Position numbers and translations under genes: made by a program. 64,000 nucleotides of DNA from Patescibacteria group bacterium (lineage in GTDB: Bacteria > Patescibacteriota > Dojkabacteria > GCA-002793355): assembly GCA_016860985.1 (NCBI GenBank), contig BOKM01000001.1, positions 220,185 through 284,184 on the forward strand, given 5' to 3'. Below are positions 18,583 to 29,002 of the stretch, piece by piece. The notes below the pieces were generated by a model. It had not been told where the DNA came from, did no database searches, and saw only the letters and a program-made list of their open reading frames with translations. Numbering within the stretch: position 1 is the first letter of the stretch; each line of letters begins with the position of its first letter.

Positions 18583-19122
18583 TTATGCTTTAAAAATAAA
18601 ACCTAATCTCTTCATTAAATCGCTTGTTAACTCTTTCGTTCCGTTTGAGAACGTCATAGTAATTGCGAATCCTTTTGACTTTACAACTTTCGTTGCATCA
18701 ATTTCTGGAAAGACAACGAGTTCAGTCACCCCCAACGTGTAGGTTCCTTTTGCATCGAATGCAGTTGCGGAAATCCCACGGAAGTCTTTAACTCTCGGTA
18801 AGACGATGTTAATGAGCTTATCAATAAAGTGCCACATTTTATCACGTCGAAGTGTTACTTTCAAGCCGATTACTGCACCTTTTTGTAAGCTGAAGTCTGC
18901 AATGCTCTTTTTTGCACGAGTTTGTACTGGCTTTTGACCGGCAATCGCTTCCAAATCTTTCAGATAGGTATCAATAACACCTTTATCTTTCAATGCTTCA
19001 CCTAACCCCATGTTGAGTACAACCTTTTGAGGAATTGGTGCTGCCATTACATTTGTAATTCCATGATCGGCCATGAACTTTGGCAAAATCTCTTTTTCAA
19101 ATCTCTCTTTAAGCGGCTTCAT
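18583..19122 (-). CDS. rplE: 50S ribosomal protein L5
   Basis: KVVLNMGLG, GQKPVQTRAKKSIA, LPRVKDFRG. Confidence 0.97.
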   Translation of the reverse strand: MKPLKERFEKEILPKFMADHGITNVMAAPIPQKVVLNMGLGEALKDKGVIDTYLKDLEAIAGQKPVQTRAKKSIADFSLQKGAVIGLKVTLRRDKMWHFIDKLINIVLPRVKDFRGISATAFDAKGTYTLGVTELVVFPEIDATKVVKSKGFAITMTFSNGTKELTSDLMKRLGFIFKA

Positions 19123-19534
19123 CTTTCTTTGCCTTTGACTTAACTACTTTTTTCTTTACAACCTTTTTTGGTTTCTCTTCTGTTGTGTCTTCAGTTGCTT
19201 TGGCCTCTGACTCGATTGCTACAGCAACGATTACTTCTTGTGATTTTTTAGCAATTCGTAACTTCTTTCCATCTTTTATTTGGAATGATACTTTTGTTGG
19301 CTTTCCTGTTTTTGGATCAATGATTTGCACATTTGAAATTTGGAATGGTCGCTCAATTTCAACAACTGTACCATCTTGATTCTTGCCTAACGCATTCTTC
19401 TTTACGAATTTCTTCATTTTGTTGACACCTTCTACAATCACTCGGTTACCTGATACTGAAAGAACTTTGCCTTTCTTTCCTTTTTCGTCACCTGCAATGA
19501 CAATAACTGTGTCTCCTGATTTTATCTTTCTCAT
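19109..19534 (-). CDS. rplX: 50S ribosomal protein L24 with charged C-terminal extension
   Basis: GDTVIVIAGDEKGKKGKV, VEGVN, ISNV. Confidence 0.96.
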   Translation of the reverse strand: MRKIKSGDTVIVIAGDEKGKKGKVLSVSGNRVIVEGVNKMKKFVKKNALGKNQDGTVVEIERPFQISNVQIIDPKTGKPTKVSFQIKDGKKLRIAKKSQEVIVAVAIESEAKATEDTTEEKPKKVVKKKVVKSKAKKDEAA

Positions 19535-19902
19535 AATGTTTCTGGAGCCAAGTAAGTTATCTTGTCGAATCCATGAGCTTTTAATTCACGAGCAACTGGT
19601 CCAAAAATACGTGAACCTTTTGGCTCATTGGTTGTACCATCTAGAAGGACAACTGCATTGTCATCGAAACGGATATAGGTTCCATCTTCTCGTCGGTGTT
19701 CTTTTTTCACTCGAACAACAACAGCTCGGTGTAATTCACCTTTCTTAACCGAACCACCTGGCCTTGCAGCTTTTACCGTTACTTTCACCACATCACTCAA
19801 ACGAATAATCTTTTTCTTTGTACCACCGTATGTACCGATGATAGTAACTGCGGTTGCGCCTGTGTTGTCAGCAACGTTACAGCTTGTTAAAAATTTAATC
19901 AT
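19531..19902 (-). CDS. rplN: 50S ribosomal protein L14
   Basis: VADNTGA, IRFDDNA, RIFGPVAREL. Confidence 0.98.
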   Translation of the reverse strand: MIKFLTSCNVADNTGATAVTIIGTYGGTKKKIIRLSDVVKVTVKAARPGGSVKKGELHRAVVVRVKKEHRREDGTYIRFDDNAVVLLDGTTNEPKGSRIFGPVARELKAHGFDKITYLAPETL

Positions 19903-19903
19903 A

Positions 19904-20152
19904 CTATTTCTCGCTCACCTTAGAATCATTTACAAACACATAATGCTTGAGTTTCGAAATTCTCTTTGTTGCTGGAACAATTGAGACTTTCTCACCAATT
20001 GCATGTTCATTTTCGCTGTGCACTAAGAAGGATCTTCTGTAGGTCACAATCTTTCGGTACGTAGGGTGAACTTTTCGATAAGAAATGGTGACTCTGTACG
20101 TCTTTTTCCCACTTACTTTTGTAATTTCACCGGTCAATGCACTACGAGCCAT
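19904..20152 (-). CDS. rpsQ: 30S ribosomal protein S17
   Basis: HPTYRKIV, ISKLKH; operon position. Confidence 0.93.
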   Translation of the reverse strand: MARSALTGEITKVSGKKTYRVTISYRKVHPTYRKIVTYRRSFLVHSENEHAIGEKVSIVPATKRISKLKHYVFVNDSKVSEK

Positions 20153-20312
20153 GTTGCATTGCATTTAACTTAGTCAACATTGATGCGAGCTCTCTTTTTG
20201 TTTTTTGGAGGCTACTCGTATCTTTCAAGGTTCCTTTAATCAATTCTAGTTCTTTCTCAGAAACAGCTTTTCTAAGTTCCTGAACTTTTTTTACTAATTC
20301 TGCTTTTTCCAT
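20142..20312 (-). CDS. rpmC: 50S ribosomal protein L29 (56 aa, not in ORF track)
   Basis: Manual translation MEKAELVKKVQELRK...GTLKDTSSLQKTKRELASMLT; between rplP and rpsQ. Confidence 0.9.
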   Translation of the reverse strand: MEKAELVKKVQELRKAVSEKELELIKGTLKDTSSLQKTKRELASMLTKLNAMQHGS

Positions 20313-20313
20313 A

Positions 20314-20724
20314 TTACTGTTTCTTAACTACCTTAACTTTTACCGAAAGTTTGTGTGCAGCTCTTCTAAAGGCTTCTACTGCATCTTTCTCTTCTACACC
20401 ACCAAGCTCGAAGATGATTCGACCTTTTTTGACAACTGCTGCATATCGATCAATATCACCTTTACCGCTACCCATACGTGTTTCTGCAGGGTGCTTTGTA
20501 ATTGGTCGGTCAGGAAAGACCTTCATCCAAAGCTTTCCTTTTCTCTTTACGTACCCAACAATAGCGCGTCTGGCAGCATCAAGCTGATTCGCTTCTACGA
20601 GTGAGTTTTCTAAAGACATGATTCCAAAAGAGCCGAACGACAAGGAATCAACCACAGGCTTTTTATTGTCTGGAGTTGCGGTGTGTGGCTTTCTGAATTT
20701 TAGTTTTTTTGGCTGTTGCAACAT
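20314..20724 (-). CDS. rplP: 50S ribosomal protein L16
   Basis: QPKKLKFRK, FPDRPIT, RMGSGKG. Confidence 0.98.
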   Translation of the reverse strand: MLQQPKKLKFRKPHTATPDNKKPVVDSLSFGSFGIMSLENSLVEANQLDAARRAIVGYVKRKGKLWMKVFPDRPITKHPAETRMGSGKGDIDRYAAVVKKGRIIFELGGVEEKDAVEAFRRAAHKLSVKVKVVKKQ

Positions 20725-20744
20725 ACGCTATTTGTTTAATCTTA

Positions 20745-21380
20745 CTAATAGATCTCTCCTTTGTAGATCCAAACTTTAACACTCAAAATACCTGCATTCA
20801 TGCTCTTTGCTCGCACGTATGCATAATCAATATCTGCTCTTAATGTTTGCAACGGAACTCTTCCGGTTTGTTTTTTATACATGTTTGCATGTTCTCCACC
20901 GGTAAGTCGACCTGCTACCCAAATTTTAATACCTTGTACACCAGATCGCTGTGCTGATTCGATTGCTCTTTTAACGAGAGATTTAACGCTTCTTCTTCGT
21001 TCAATACCGTCTGCAATTTGCTGTGCAATAATTCTTGCTGAAAATTGTGGTTGCTGAACACCTTTAATTTGTAAATCTACTGCTTTTGCGGCTACGACTT
21101 TTTGCAAATCTTTTTTGGTTTTTTCGATGAGCTTACCTTCTCTACCAATCGCCATACCTGGTCTTCCGACATGAACAACGACTTCGATTGCACTGGGTGA
21201 GCGATTAATCTCGATATCTTGGATCTCTGCAGCTTTAAAGGCATCACTGATAAAATCACGAACCTTTAAATCTTCATGAAGATTCTTTGTATAATCCTCT
21301 TTCTTTCCACTAAACCAAGTAGAAAGCCAGTTTTTGATAACGCCAACGCGAAAACCGCTTGCGTTGATTTTATTTCCCAT
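20745..21380 (-). CDS. rpsC: 30S ribosomal protein S3
   Basis: MGNKINASGFRVG, RPGMAIG, GRVPLQTLRADIDY. Confidence 0.98.
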   Translation of the reverse strand: MGNKINASGFRVGVIKNWLSTWFSGKKEDYTKNLHEDLKVRDFISDAFKAAEIQDIEINRSPSAIEVVVHVGRPGMAIGREGKLIEKTKKDLQKVVAAKAVDLQIKGVQQPQFSARIIAQQIADGIERRRSVKSLVKRAIESAQRSGVQGIKIWVAGRLTGGEHANMYKKQTGRVPLQTLRADIDYAYVRAKSMNAGILSVKVWIYKGEIY

Positions 21381-21708
21381 AGGATAGCTCTACGTATAAG
21401 TTAGCTCGATATTTTCTGACAAAAGTAACACGCCCGCGTGATGCAAAGCGTACTTTTCGAAGTCTCTTCATTCCATCTGTTGACCAAATCTTTGTGACAA
21501 CAAGCTTAGAAGTATCTAGTTTAAAGTTGTGCTCGGCATTCGCAACAGCAGCAGAGATAACCTTGTGTGCATAGAAGGCTCCTTTTTTAGGAAGAAGTTT
21601 CAACTCGTCTAAGGCTCTCATTGCGTTGTGTCCTTTAACCACTTCAATCACTCTTGCGAGTTTTTTTGGTGACATCGGAATATTTATTTGGGTTGCGGTT
21701 ACAATCAT
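21370..21708 (-). CDS. rplV: 50S ribosomal protein L22
   Basis: SPKKL, SAVANAEHN, SRGR. Confidence 0.95.
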   Translation of the reverse strand: MIVTATQINIPMSPKKLARVIEVVKGHNAMRALDELKLLPKKGAFYAHKVISAAVANAEHNFKLDTSKLVVTKIWSTDGMKRLRKVRFASRGRVTFVRKYRANLYVELSYGK

Positions 21709-21725
21709 GTTACTCAATATTCATA

Positions 21726-22040
21726 TTACTCTTGAAGGAATCTACCAGAGAATCCATACAACTTTGAAATCTTACCCTTCTTGGCGTGACCTTGGAACTT
21801 ACGTGTTATTGCAAACTCTCCGAGTCGATGCCCTACCATATCTTCTGAAATCAATACAGTAACAAAATCCTTTCCATTATGAACTGCAAATTTCATACCA
21901 ACCATGTCGGGGAAAATGGTACAGTCTCGTGCCCAAGTCTTTACAACAACATCAGTTGCTTTTCCAGATTGTCGCAAGGCCATAACCTTCTTCTCGAGGC
22001 TTGGTGTGACGTATATTCCTTTTTTTAGTGATCGTGACAT
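21726..22040 (-). CDS. rpsS: 30S ribosomal protein S19
   Basis: [22 protein letters not shown]. Confidence 0.98.
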   Translation of the reverse strand: MSRSLKKGIYVTPSLEKKVMALRQSGKATDVVVKTWARDCTIFPDMVGMKFAVHNGKDFVTVLISEDMVGHRLGEFAITRKFQGHAKKGKISKLYGFSGRFLQE

Positions 22041-22052
22041 AGTTTCAATGTT

Positions 22053-22880
22053 TTATTTAGTTCTTCGCTTTAAGATAAACTTGTCAGTTCTCTTGTTATT
22101 TCTTGTTCGAATACCAATTCTGTGACCGAAGATATCTTTAGCTGGTCCACCGGTACCCGTCTTACCTTCACCACCACCGTGTGGGTGCTGTTGCGCATGC
22201 ATTGCAACACCTCGAACTGATGGGCGCTTTCCGAGTCTTCTGTTTGTTCCGGCGCTACCGATAACTTCGTGCAAGTGGTCTTCGTTTGAAACGGATCCAA
22301 CACTTGCCAAACAATCACCATGAAGCAATCGTGTTTCACCTGATGGCATCTTTACTTGAACGTATTTACCAACCTGACCTTGAACTTGGATTGAGTTACC
22401 TGCGGATCGACCAAGTTTTGCTCCTCTTCCTGGATACATTTCAACATTATGAACGTTAAATCCTGATGGAATATTCTTTAAGAGCGTTGCATTGCCTGGA
22501 TCAAGAACGACTTCTTTCTTACTTGAGACAACTGTCATTCCGACTTCTAGTCCTGCAGGAGCAAGAATAAAACGCTTATCTCCGTCTGGATAGACAATTA
22601 ACGCAATTGCTGCGGTACGATTTGGATCAAATTCCAATGAATGAACCTTTCCGACAATGTCGAATTTGTTTCTATTAAAATCAATAACACGATACAAGCG
22701 CTTTTGTCCGCCACCTCTGTGTCGAACGGTGATTCGCCCCTGATTATTTCTACCAGTTACCTTTTTAGCTGGTGCAAATAACTTCTTTGGTGCAGCACTA
22801 TCTTTGGCAAAAGAAGAGCGATCAATCATCACTCGTTGCCTTCGTGGATTAGTTGTAGCTTTATATCTCTTCAGCGCCAT
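22053..22880 (-). CDS. rplB: 50S ribosomal protein L2
   Basis: GRNNQGRITVRHRGGG, DPNRTA, HPHGGGEG. Confidence 0.98.
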   Translation of the reverse strand: MALKRYKATTNPRRQRVMIDRSSFAKDSAAPKKLFAPAKKVTGRNNQGRITVRHRGGGQKRLYRVIDFNRNKFDIVGKVHSLEFDPNRTAAIALIVYPDGDKRFILAPAGLEVGMTVVSSKKEVVLDPGNATLLKNIPSGFNVHNVEMYPGRGAKLGRSAGNSIQVQGQVGKYVQVKMPSGETRLLHGDCLASVGSVSNEDHLHEVIGSAGTNRRLGKRPSVRGVAMHAQQHPHGGGEGKTGTGGPAKDIFGHRIGIRTRNNKRTDKFILKRRTK

Positions 22881-22899
22881 AGCGCAATTCCGTAATTAT

Positions 22900-23175
22900 T
22901 TATTTAAAAAGATCTAGTGTCTGTCCTTTTTGTAGTTTGACGTACACTTTTTTATAATCTGGGGTTGTGTATGCTCTTCGTGTGAGAAGATTTCTCTTTT
23001 GCTTTCCTTTCCTTACCAGAGAGGTGCACTCTACGACGTCGACATTATACACTTCCTTAAGTGCCTTGATTATATCAGATTTCTCCATATCTTGCATAGT
23101 GGCAAAGGTATAAATACCTGCATTTGCAAGTTTGAAAGTTTTTTCTGTTTTTACTGGATAAATCTTAGGCGTCAT
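22900..23175 (-). CDS. rplW: 50S ribosomal protein L23
   Basis: PVKTEKT, YKKVYVKL. Confidence 0.94.
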   Translation of the reverse strand: MTPKIYPVKTEKTFKLANAGIYTFATMQDMEKSDIIKALKEVYNVDVVECTSLVRKGKQKRNLLTRRAYTTPDYKKVYVKLQKGQTLDLFK

Positions 23176-23797
23176 GTTTTGTAATTCTTTCAACTAAAGC
23201 ATTAAGTGCACCTTCTGCGAAAACATAGAGTGCTTTCTTACTCATATCTAATGGGCTTACCAGTGAGGAACGACGCAAGGTAACGTTCTTTAAATTTCTA
23301 AACATTGCAGCTGTTGTTTCGTCTTTTGTTTGAACGACAACGATAACTGGCATTTTGAACGCATTCATTTTTTGTACGAACTCTGCGGCTTGTTTGGTTT
23401 TTCTTGCTTCTGTCGCTTCACTAAATACAACCACTGAACCTTGTGCGATTTCTTGATCTAGGAAATAACGCATTGCCTTTCTTTTAAGAGAGGTTGGAAT
23501 TGCTAATCGAGTTGTGTTTGCTCGTGGACCAAAAGTAACACCACCACCAACCCAGATTGGTGAGTTTCGTGAACCGTGTCGTGCTCGACCTGTTCCCTTC
23601 TGTCTCCAAGGTTTTTTATCTGGATGTGACACCTCGCCTCGTGTTTTTGCTTGAGCGGTGCCTTGATGAGTATTTGCAGTATAGGCTCTCAGTACCTGCG
23701 CAATCATTGCATCAGATAGCTTTTCCGAAAATGGAGAGTATGAAAACTCTCCTACCTTTGCTGCTTCTAAATTGTAAACTGGAAGTGTTACTGACAT
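23165..23797 (-). CDS. rplD: 50S ribosomal protein L4
   Basis: KTRGEV, KPWRQKGTGRARHGS, GGGVTFGP. Confidence 0.98.
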   Translation of the reverse strand: MSVTLPVYNLEAAKVGEFSYSPFSEKLSDAMIAQVLRAYTANTHQGTAQAKTRGEVSHPDKKPWRQKGTGRARHGSRNSPIWVGGGVTFGPRANTTRLAIPTSLKRKAMRYFLDQEIAQGSVVVFSEATEARKTKQAAEFVQKMNAFKMPVIVVVQTKDETTAAMFRNLKNVTLRRSSLVSPLDMSKKALYVFAEGALNALVERITKHDA

Positions 23798-24372
23798 TAC
23801 CACGACAATTGAATTATGCTGCCGTTTGGCCCTGGGATTGCTCCTTTAAGAACCAAGAACGATTTACCTTCTTCTGAAAATACTTTTACTACTTTTAAGT
23901 TTCTTACTTTTACTGTATCCGAACCCATTCGACCTGCCATTCTGGCACCTTTAAAGATTCGACCCGGGGTTGTACCTGCACCAACAGATCCTGCTGCTCT
24001 TACACGATCAGACTGACCATGTGTCTCTTTTCCACCTTTGAATCCGTATCTTTTAACAACACCAGCAAATCCTTTACCTTTTGATGTTCCAACAGCGTGG
24101 ATTGTTGAAGGAAGTTCTGGTGAGAATTGACCGACTGATACACCTTCTTTTGACATATCTGATTCGGTTACAACTTCTGGTGCAAATCCCAAGTCTTTAT
24201 ACTGACCAAGTTGTGCTTTTGTTGGATGCTTTATTTTTCCAAAGCCAACCAATACAGTGTTGTCGGTTACTTTTGCGATAACGTTTTCTGTGATATCAAT
24301 AACGGTAACTGGGGCAACAAGATAACCATCTTCGATATGAGTCATTCCGATTTTTTTACCAAAGAGTACCAT
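23797..24372 (-). CDS. rplC: 50S ribosomal protein L3
   Basis: GKKIGMT, SKGKGFAGVVKR, KGAIPGP. Confidence 0.98.
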   Translation of the reverse strand: MVLFGKKIGMTHIEDGYLVAPVTVIDITENVIAKVTDNTVLVGFGKIKHPTKAQLGQYKDLGFAPEVVTESDMSKEGVSVGQFSPELPSTIHAVGTSKGKGFAGVVKRYGFKGGKETHGQSDRVRAAGSVGAGTTPGRIFKGARMAGRMGSDTVKVRNLKVVKVFSEEGKSFLVLKGAIPGPNGSIIQLSW

Positions 24373-24373
24373 G

Positions 24374-24694
24374 TTATTTCTGATTCAATTCAACTGAGAC
24401 ACCAGCAGGAACATTTACGCCCTGCAAGGCTTCGATCGTTTTTGGGTTCCAGTTCGAAATAAGAATCAACCTTTTATGAGTTCTCATCTCGAAATGCTCC
24501 ATTGATGACTTGTAGACATGTGGAGATTTGTTAACTGCCCATACCTTTCTTTCAACAGGAAGCATAACAGGCCCGACGACCTGTGCGCCTGTTTTAAGCA
24601 CGTTCGCTACGATATTCTTAACAGTAGTGTCAAGAAGTTTAATATCGTAGGCAGCGAGCTTTACTTTAATTTTGTATGCACTGTCATTTGCCAT
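24374..24694 (-). CDS. rpsJ: 30S ribosomal protein S10
   Basis: GPVMLP, KSPHVYK, FEMRTHKRLI. Confidence 0.97.
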   Translation of the reverse strand: MANDSAYKIKVKLAAYDIKLLDTTVKNIVANVLKTGAQVVGPVMLPVERKVWAVNKSPHVYKSSMEHFEMRTHKRLILISNWNPKTIEALQGVNVPAGVSVELNQK

Positions 24695-24715
24695 AGTTCT
24701 GTTTCCTGTTATGTA

Positions 24716-24747
24716 AAAGAGCAAAGTGGGGGCACGTGGCCCCCACT
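24716..24747 (-). terminator. Terminator-like hairpin between tuf and rpsJ
   Basis: 9-bp stem AGTGGGGGC/GCCCCCACT followed by an imperfect T-tract. Confidence 0.6.
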
Positions 24748-24751
24748 AAAC

Positions 24752-25918
24752 TTATTTGATGATTTCGGTGACGACTCCTGCACCTACTGTTGTACCACCT
24801 TCTCGAACAGCGAATTTCATTCCCTTTTCGATAACGACTGGAACAATCAATTTAACATTGAGTGCTGCGTTGTCTCCCGGCATAATCATTTCTGTACCAG
24901 CTTCGAGTGTTACTTCACCCGTAATATCTGCAGTCTTGATGTAGAACTGTGGTCGGTAACCGCTAACGAATGCGGTGTGTCGTCCACCTTCCTCTTTCTT
25001 CAAAACGTAGACACTTGCTTTAAACTCTGTATGCATGGTAACTGAACCTGTTTTTGCCAAAACCATACCTCGTTCAACATCCTTTCTTTCGATTCCTCGA
25101 ACAAGAACGCCGACATTATCACCTGCCATTACTGAGTCAAGTGACTTTCGGAACATTTCGAGTCCTGTTGCTGTTGTCTTTACTGGTTTGTGACCAAGTC
25201 CAAGAAGTTCAACTTCTTCGTTTACCTTCAAAGTACCTCTTTCAACACGGCCTGTTACAACTGTACCACGACCTGTGATGGAGAAGACATCTTCAATACC
25301 CATTAAGAATGGCTTGTCCATTTCTCGTTCTGGCAATTCAAAGTATTCGTCAACGGTTGCCATCATTTCACGAGTCTTGGTTACCCACTCTTCGTTTCCT
25401 TCTGCTGCATTGAATGCATCGATAATGAATACTGGAGCATCTTTGTCGTAACCATTCTTTGCAAGAAGATCACGGACGTCTTCAGTAATAAGCTGTAAAA
25501 TCTCTTCATCAACTGCACCAAACTTGTTAATAACGACTGCGAGTTTTGGAACGCCGACTTGTCGAGCAAGAAGTACGTGTTCTCGTGTTTGAGGCATTGC
25601 ACCATCTGAAGAAGATACAACCAAAAGTGCGCCGTCTAACTGTGCTGCACCGGTGATCATGTTCTTGATATAGTCTTTGTGCCCTGGACAGTCAATCCAA
25701 GCATAGTGTCGGTTTGGAGTTTCGAATTCAACGTGTGCAATAGAAATAGTAATACCACGCTGTCGTGACTCTGGTGCCTTATCGATCTTATCTGCAGTTG
25801 CCTGCCATTGTGGATCAAATGCACGAAGAACTGCACGTGAAAGTGTTGACTTTCCGTGGTCGACGTGACCAAGAGTGCCGATGTTAAAGTGTGGCTTTGT
25901 GCGGTCAAATACTGCCAT
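24752..25918 (-). CDS. tuf: Elongation factor Tu (non-canonical G4/G5)
   Basis: [40 protein letters not shown]. Confidence 0.98.
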   Translation of the reverse strand: MAVFDRTKPHFNIGTLGHVDHGKSTLSRAVLRAFDPQWQATADKIDKAPESRQRGITISIAHVEFETPNRHYAWIDCPGHKDYIKNMITGAAQLDGALLVVSSSDGAMPQTREHVLLARQVGVPKLAVVINKFGAVDEEILQLITEDVRDLLAKNGYDKDAPVFIIDAFNAAEGNEEWVTKTREMMATVDEYFELPEREMDKPFLMGIEDVFSITGRGTVVTGRVERGTLKVNEEVELLGLGHKPVKTTATGLEMFRKSLDSVMAGDNVGVLVRGIERKDVERGMVLAKTGSVTMHTEFKASVYVLKKEEGGRHTAFVSGYRPQFYIKTADITGEVTLEAGTEMIMPGDNAALNVKLIVPVVIEKGMKFAVREGGTTVGAGVVTEIIK

Positions 25919-26060
25919 GTTTCTGTACTTTTTAAATTAATATAATTTTTGTTTCTAAAAAGCTCCTTAATGATATCAAATGTTTTTGCGGAATGCAATA
26001 CCTTTTCGAGGTTTTTTGCATTTTTAGCAAGTAATTTGATTACTTGAAACTATTCTAGAA

Positions 26061-28154
26061 CTATTTTGCGTTCTGTACCAATTGCGCGACGAGTGAATTC
26101 GGTACTCTGTCGTAGTGAGAGAACTCCATATATGAAGATCCTCGACCTGACGTTGAAGCACGAAGTCGTGTCGTGAAATCGAAAGTCTCAGAAAGAGGGA
26201 TGTCTGCAATAATTACTTGCAATCCTGCTCTCTCGTTTGCACCTTGAATCTGCGCGCGCTTACTGTTTAGTAAGCCGGTTACTTCACCAAGGTACTGGTC
26301 GGGGACCATGACTTCGATTTTCATAATTGGTTCAAGCAAATATGGTTGTGCTGCCTTTTGTCCATCCTTAAACGCTTGTGCACCTGCGACTTTAAAGGCT
26401 GCTTCCGAAGAGTCAACATCGTGATACGAACCATCATAGACTGCTACTTTGACATCAACTACTGGATATCCTGCAATAACTCCTGCTTGGAGTGCTTCTT
26501 CTACACCCTTTCGAACTGCAGGGATATATTCTCGTGGAATTGCACCACCCTTTACCTCGTCTACGAATTCAAATCCTACACCACGCTCTTGTGGTTCAAG
26601 TCTCAACCAGCAGTGACCATACTGACCCTTACCACCAGACTGTCGGACAAATTTACCTTCCATTTTCACCGAAGTTCCAATAGATTCGCGGTACGCGACC
26701 TTTGGTTCTCCAAGTCTTGTCTGAAGGCCCATGGCACTTGCCATACGTTCGGTCCAAATCTGAAGGTGGAATTGTCCCATACCCATGATAATTGTTTCTG
26801 CCGTTTCTGGATCAACTTTTACCTTGATAGTTGGATCTTCTACCTGTACCTTTGCAAGTACATCTGCCATCTTTTCAGAATCTTGTTTGGTGACTGGGAA
26901 GATTGAAGCAGAAACGACAGGCTCTGCGAATTGGATGTTTTCGAGAATAGCTGGGTTTGCTTGATCTGACAAAGTATCACCAGTGACACTCTTCTTCATA
27001 CCTACCAAACCACCAATTTCTCCTGCTCGCAACTCGTCTACTTCTTCTCTATGCGCTGCATGAATCAAGAGTACTCGACCAACGCGTTCCATTTCATTCT
27101 TTGTTGAGTTCCATACATAGGTCCCTGGTTTTAATACTCCAGAATACACACGGACGTACGAAAGAGTTCCAACGTGCTCATCTGATACTACTTTGAATAC
27201 CAAAGCCGCCAATGGCTCTTTTTCGTCTGGCCTGCGTACGACTGTTTCTTTTGTCTTTGGATTGGTACCCTCGACCGGAGGAACATCAAACGGTGAAGGG
27301 AGATATTCAACAACTGTATCCAAAAGTTTTCGAGTAATTGGACCACGTGAATCGCCACCAAGTACTGGGAAAATTCCACTAATAACTGTTGCCTTTCGCA
27401 ATGTCTTCTTAAGCTCAGCTACTGGGATTTCTTTGCCTTCCAAGTAAAGTTCCATCAATTTGTCATCAAATTCCACAATCTTCTCGATAAGAATATTGCG
27501 ATACTCATGGACCTTAAGTTTCATGTCTTCGGGGATTGGTCCTTCTTCTAATTCGAACTGGTTAATATCTTTATAGAAGTATGCTTTTTCATCGAGTAAG
27601 TCAACAAGACCGTGGAGTTGATCTTCTAAGCCGATTGGTAATGCAAGAGCAACTGCGTTTCTAGAAAGTCTCTCTTGAATTGATTTTAAGCTTGCGTAAA
27701 AGTCACCACCGATAATATTGAGTTTGTTAACAAAGCAGATACGAGGAACGTTATATTTATCTGCCTGTCTCCATACTGTTTCGGTTTGTGCTTGAACACC
27801 GGTTTTACCGTCAAAGATAACACATGCACCGTCAAGAATACGAAGTGATCGTTCAACTTCTGCTGTAAAATCTACGTGCCCCGGGGTATCGATAAGGTTC
27901 AATCGATATTTTTCGTTGTCTTTTGTCCAAAAACAGGTTGTTGCGGCAGAAACAATAGTGACTCCTCTTGCTTTTTCTTCTGCAAGATAGTCCATGGTTG
28001 CTGCGCCTTCGTGAACTTCTCCGACTTTGTGAGTTTTTCCTGTAAAATACAACATTCGTTCTGAGGTCGTTGTTTTACCTGCGTCAATGTGGGCAATGGT
28101 CCCAAAGTTACGGACCAAATGCAGGTCAATCTTTACATTTTCGGCTTTTGCCAT
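26061..28154 (-). CDS. fusA: Elongation factor G (non-canonical G4/G5)
   Basis: AHIDAGKTT, DTPGHVDF, RQSGGKGQYGH, GSYHDVDSSE. Confidence 0.98.
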   Translation of the reverse strand: MAKAENVKIDLHLVRNFGTIAHIDAGKTTTSERMLYFTGKTHKVGEVHEGAATMDYLAEEKARGVTIVSAATTCFWTKDNEKYRLNLIDTPGHVDFTAEVERSLRILDGACVIFDGKTGVQAQTETVWRQADKYNVPRICFVNKLNIIGGDFYASLKSIQERLSRNAVALALPIGLEDQLHGLVDLLDEKAYFYKDINQFELEEGPIPEDMKLKVHEYRNILIEKIVEFDDKLMELYLEGKEIPVAELKKTLRKATVISGIFPVLGGDSRGPITRKLLDTVVEYLPSPFDVPPVEGTNPKTKETVVRRPDEKEPLAALVFKVVSDEHVGTLSYVRVYSGVLKPGTYVWNSTKNEMERVGRVLLIHAAHREEVDELRAGEIGGLVGMKKSVTGDTLSDQANPAILENIQFAEPVVSASIFPVTKQDSEKMADVLAKVQVEDPTIKVKVDPETAETIIMGMGQFHLQIWTERMASAMGLQTRLGEPKVAYRESIGTSVKMEGKFVRQSGGKGQYGHCWLRLEPQERGVGFEFVDEVKGGAIPREYIPAVRKGVEEALQAGVIAGYPVVDVKVAVYDGSYHDVDSSEAAFKVAGAQAFKDGQKAAQPYLLEPIMKIEVMVPDQYLGEVTGLLNSKRAQIQGANERAGLQVIIADIPLSETFDFTTRLRASTSGRGSSYMEFSHYDRVPNSLVAQLVQNAK

Positions 28155-28232
28155 ACAAATCAGTGTTATCTTAAACAATTATGGAATCGTGGGATTATAC
28201 TACAATTTTGTGACAACACCAAGAGCCCTTTA

Positions 28233-28931
28233 TTACATATTTTCTATAAACGGTTTAAGAGAGTTCCAGTCCCAATAGTTTATTACTACATCTGCTACTT
28301 CAAGCAACGCATTCTTATCTCGAAATGCAATCCGTAAGCCCCGATCACCGTTCTTTACTAATGGAATATCACCAGAACTGTGTCCAATAGTCATAATGTT
28401 ACATGACGATTTTGCCTTCCGAATATATCGAGCGACCTGACCTTTATCCTTGTCTGTAACCACAAATGGCGTTCCAGTTACTTTGTCATTCGTAAAGGAT
28501 AAGTAACTCGCGATAATTAATGGTTTGCGCTGAAGTTCCTGTTGCTTCTGAGCAATCGCCTCATATATTCCTGAACTAACCCAGATAAATTGAACCTCGC
28601 GTTTACGCGCGCCAGAGGTCAAAAATGCCTCAACTCCATTTCTCCATGCTATTCTTTGACAACATTGCGCAATCACTTTATCGATTGAGTTTCGAGTGAT
28701 TCCAGTAAAAACCGACGAAAGCAGATATAGAGATTTGCGTGAATTATCATTTTTTGCTGCCTCAATTTCAGGTTTCTTTTCTAATTCTCTCTGACACGCC
28801 TCGGTTATTATTCTGGATAAATGACCAGCAACTGCGCACTCATCAAAATCCATCATGACAATATTTGTACAGTTGGCAGGTATCTTTGAGAGAATGTGTT
28901 CATTAATATATGTTTTTAATGATTCTTCCAT
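28233..28931 (-). CDS. HAD-superfamily hydrolase (phosphoserine-phosphatase-like)
   Basis: DFDEC motif I, VSSG motif II, K, GHSSGD motif IV. Confidence 0.75.
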   Translation of the reverse strand: MEESLKTYINEHILSKIPANCTNIVMMDFDECAVAGHLSRIITEACQRELEKKPEIEAAKNDNSRKSLYLLSSVFTGITRNSIDKVIAQCCQRIAWRNGVEAFLTSGARKREVQFIWVSSGIYEAIAQKQQELQRKPLIIASYLSFTNDKVTGTPFVVTDKDKGQVARYIRKAKSSCNIMTIGHSSGDIPLVKNGDRGLRIAFRDKNALLEVADVVINYWDWNSLKPFIENM

Positions 28932-29002
28932 GATGTAATCATAAATCGTATGCTCAACGTAACAAGTGAAGACCTCTTCGGTAAATTGCGTTACAATACT
29001 AA

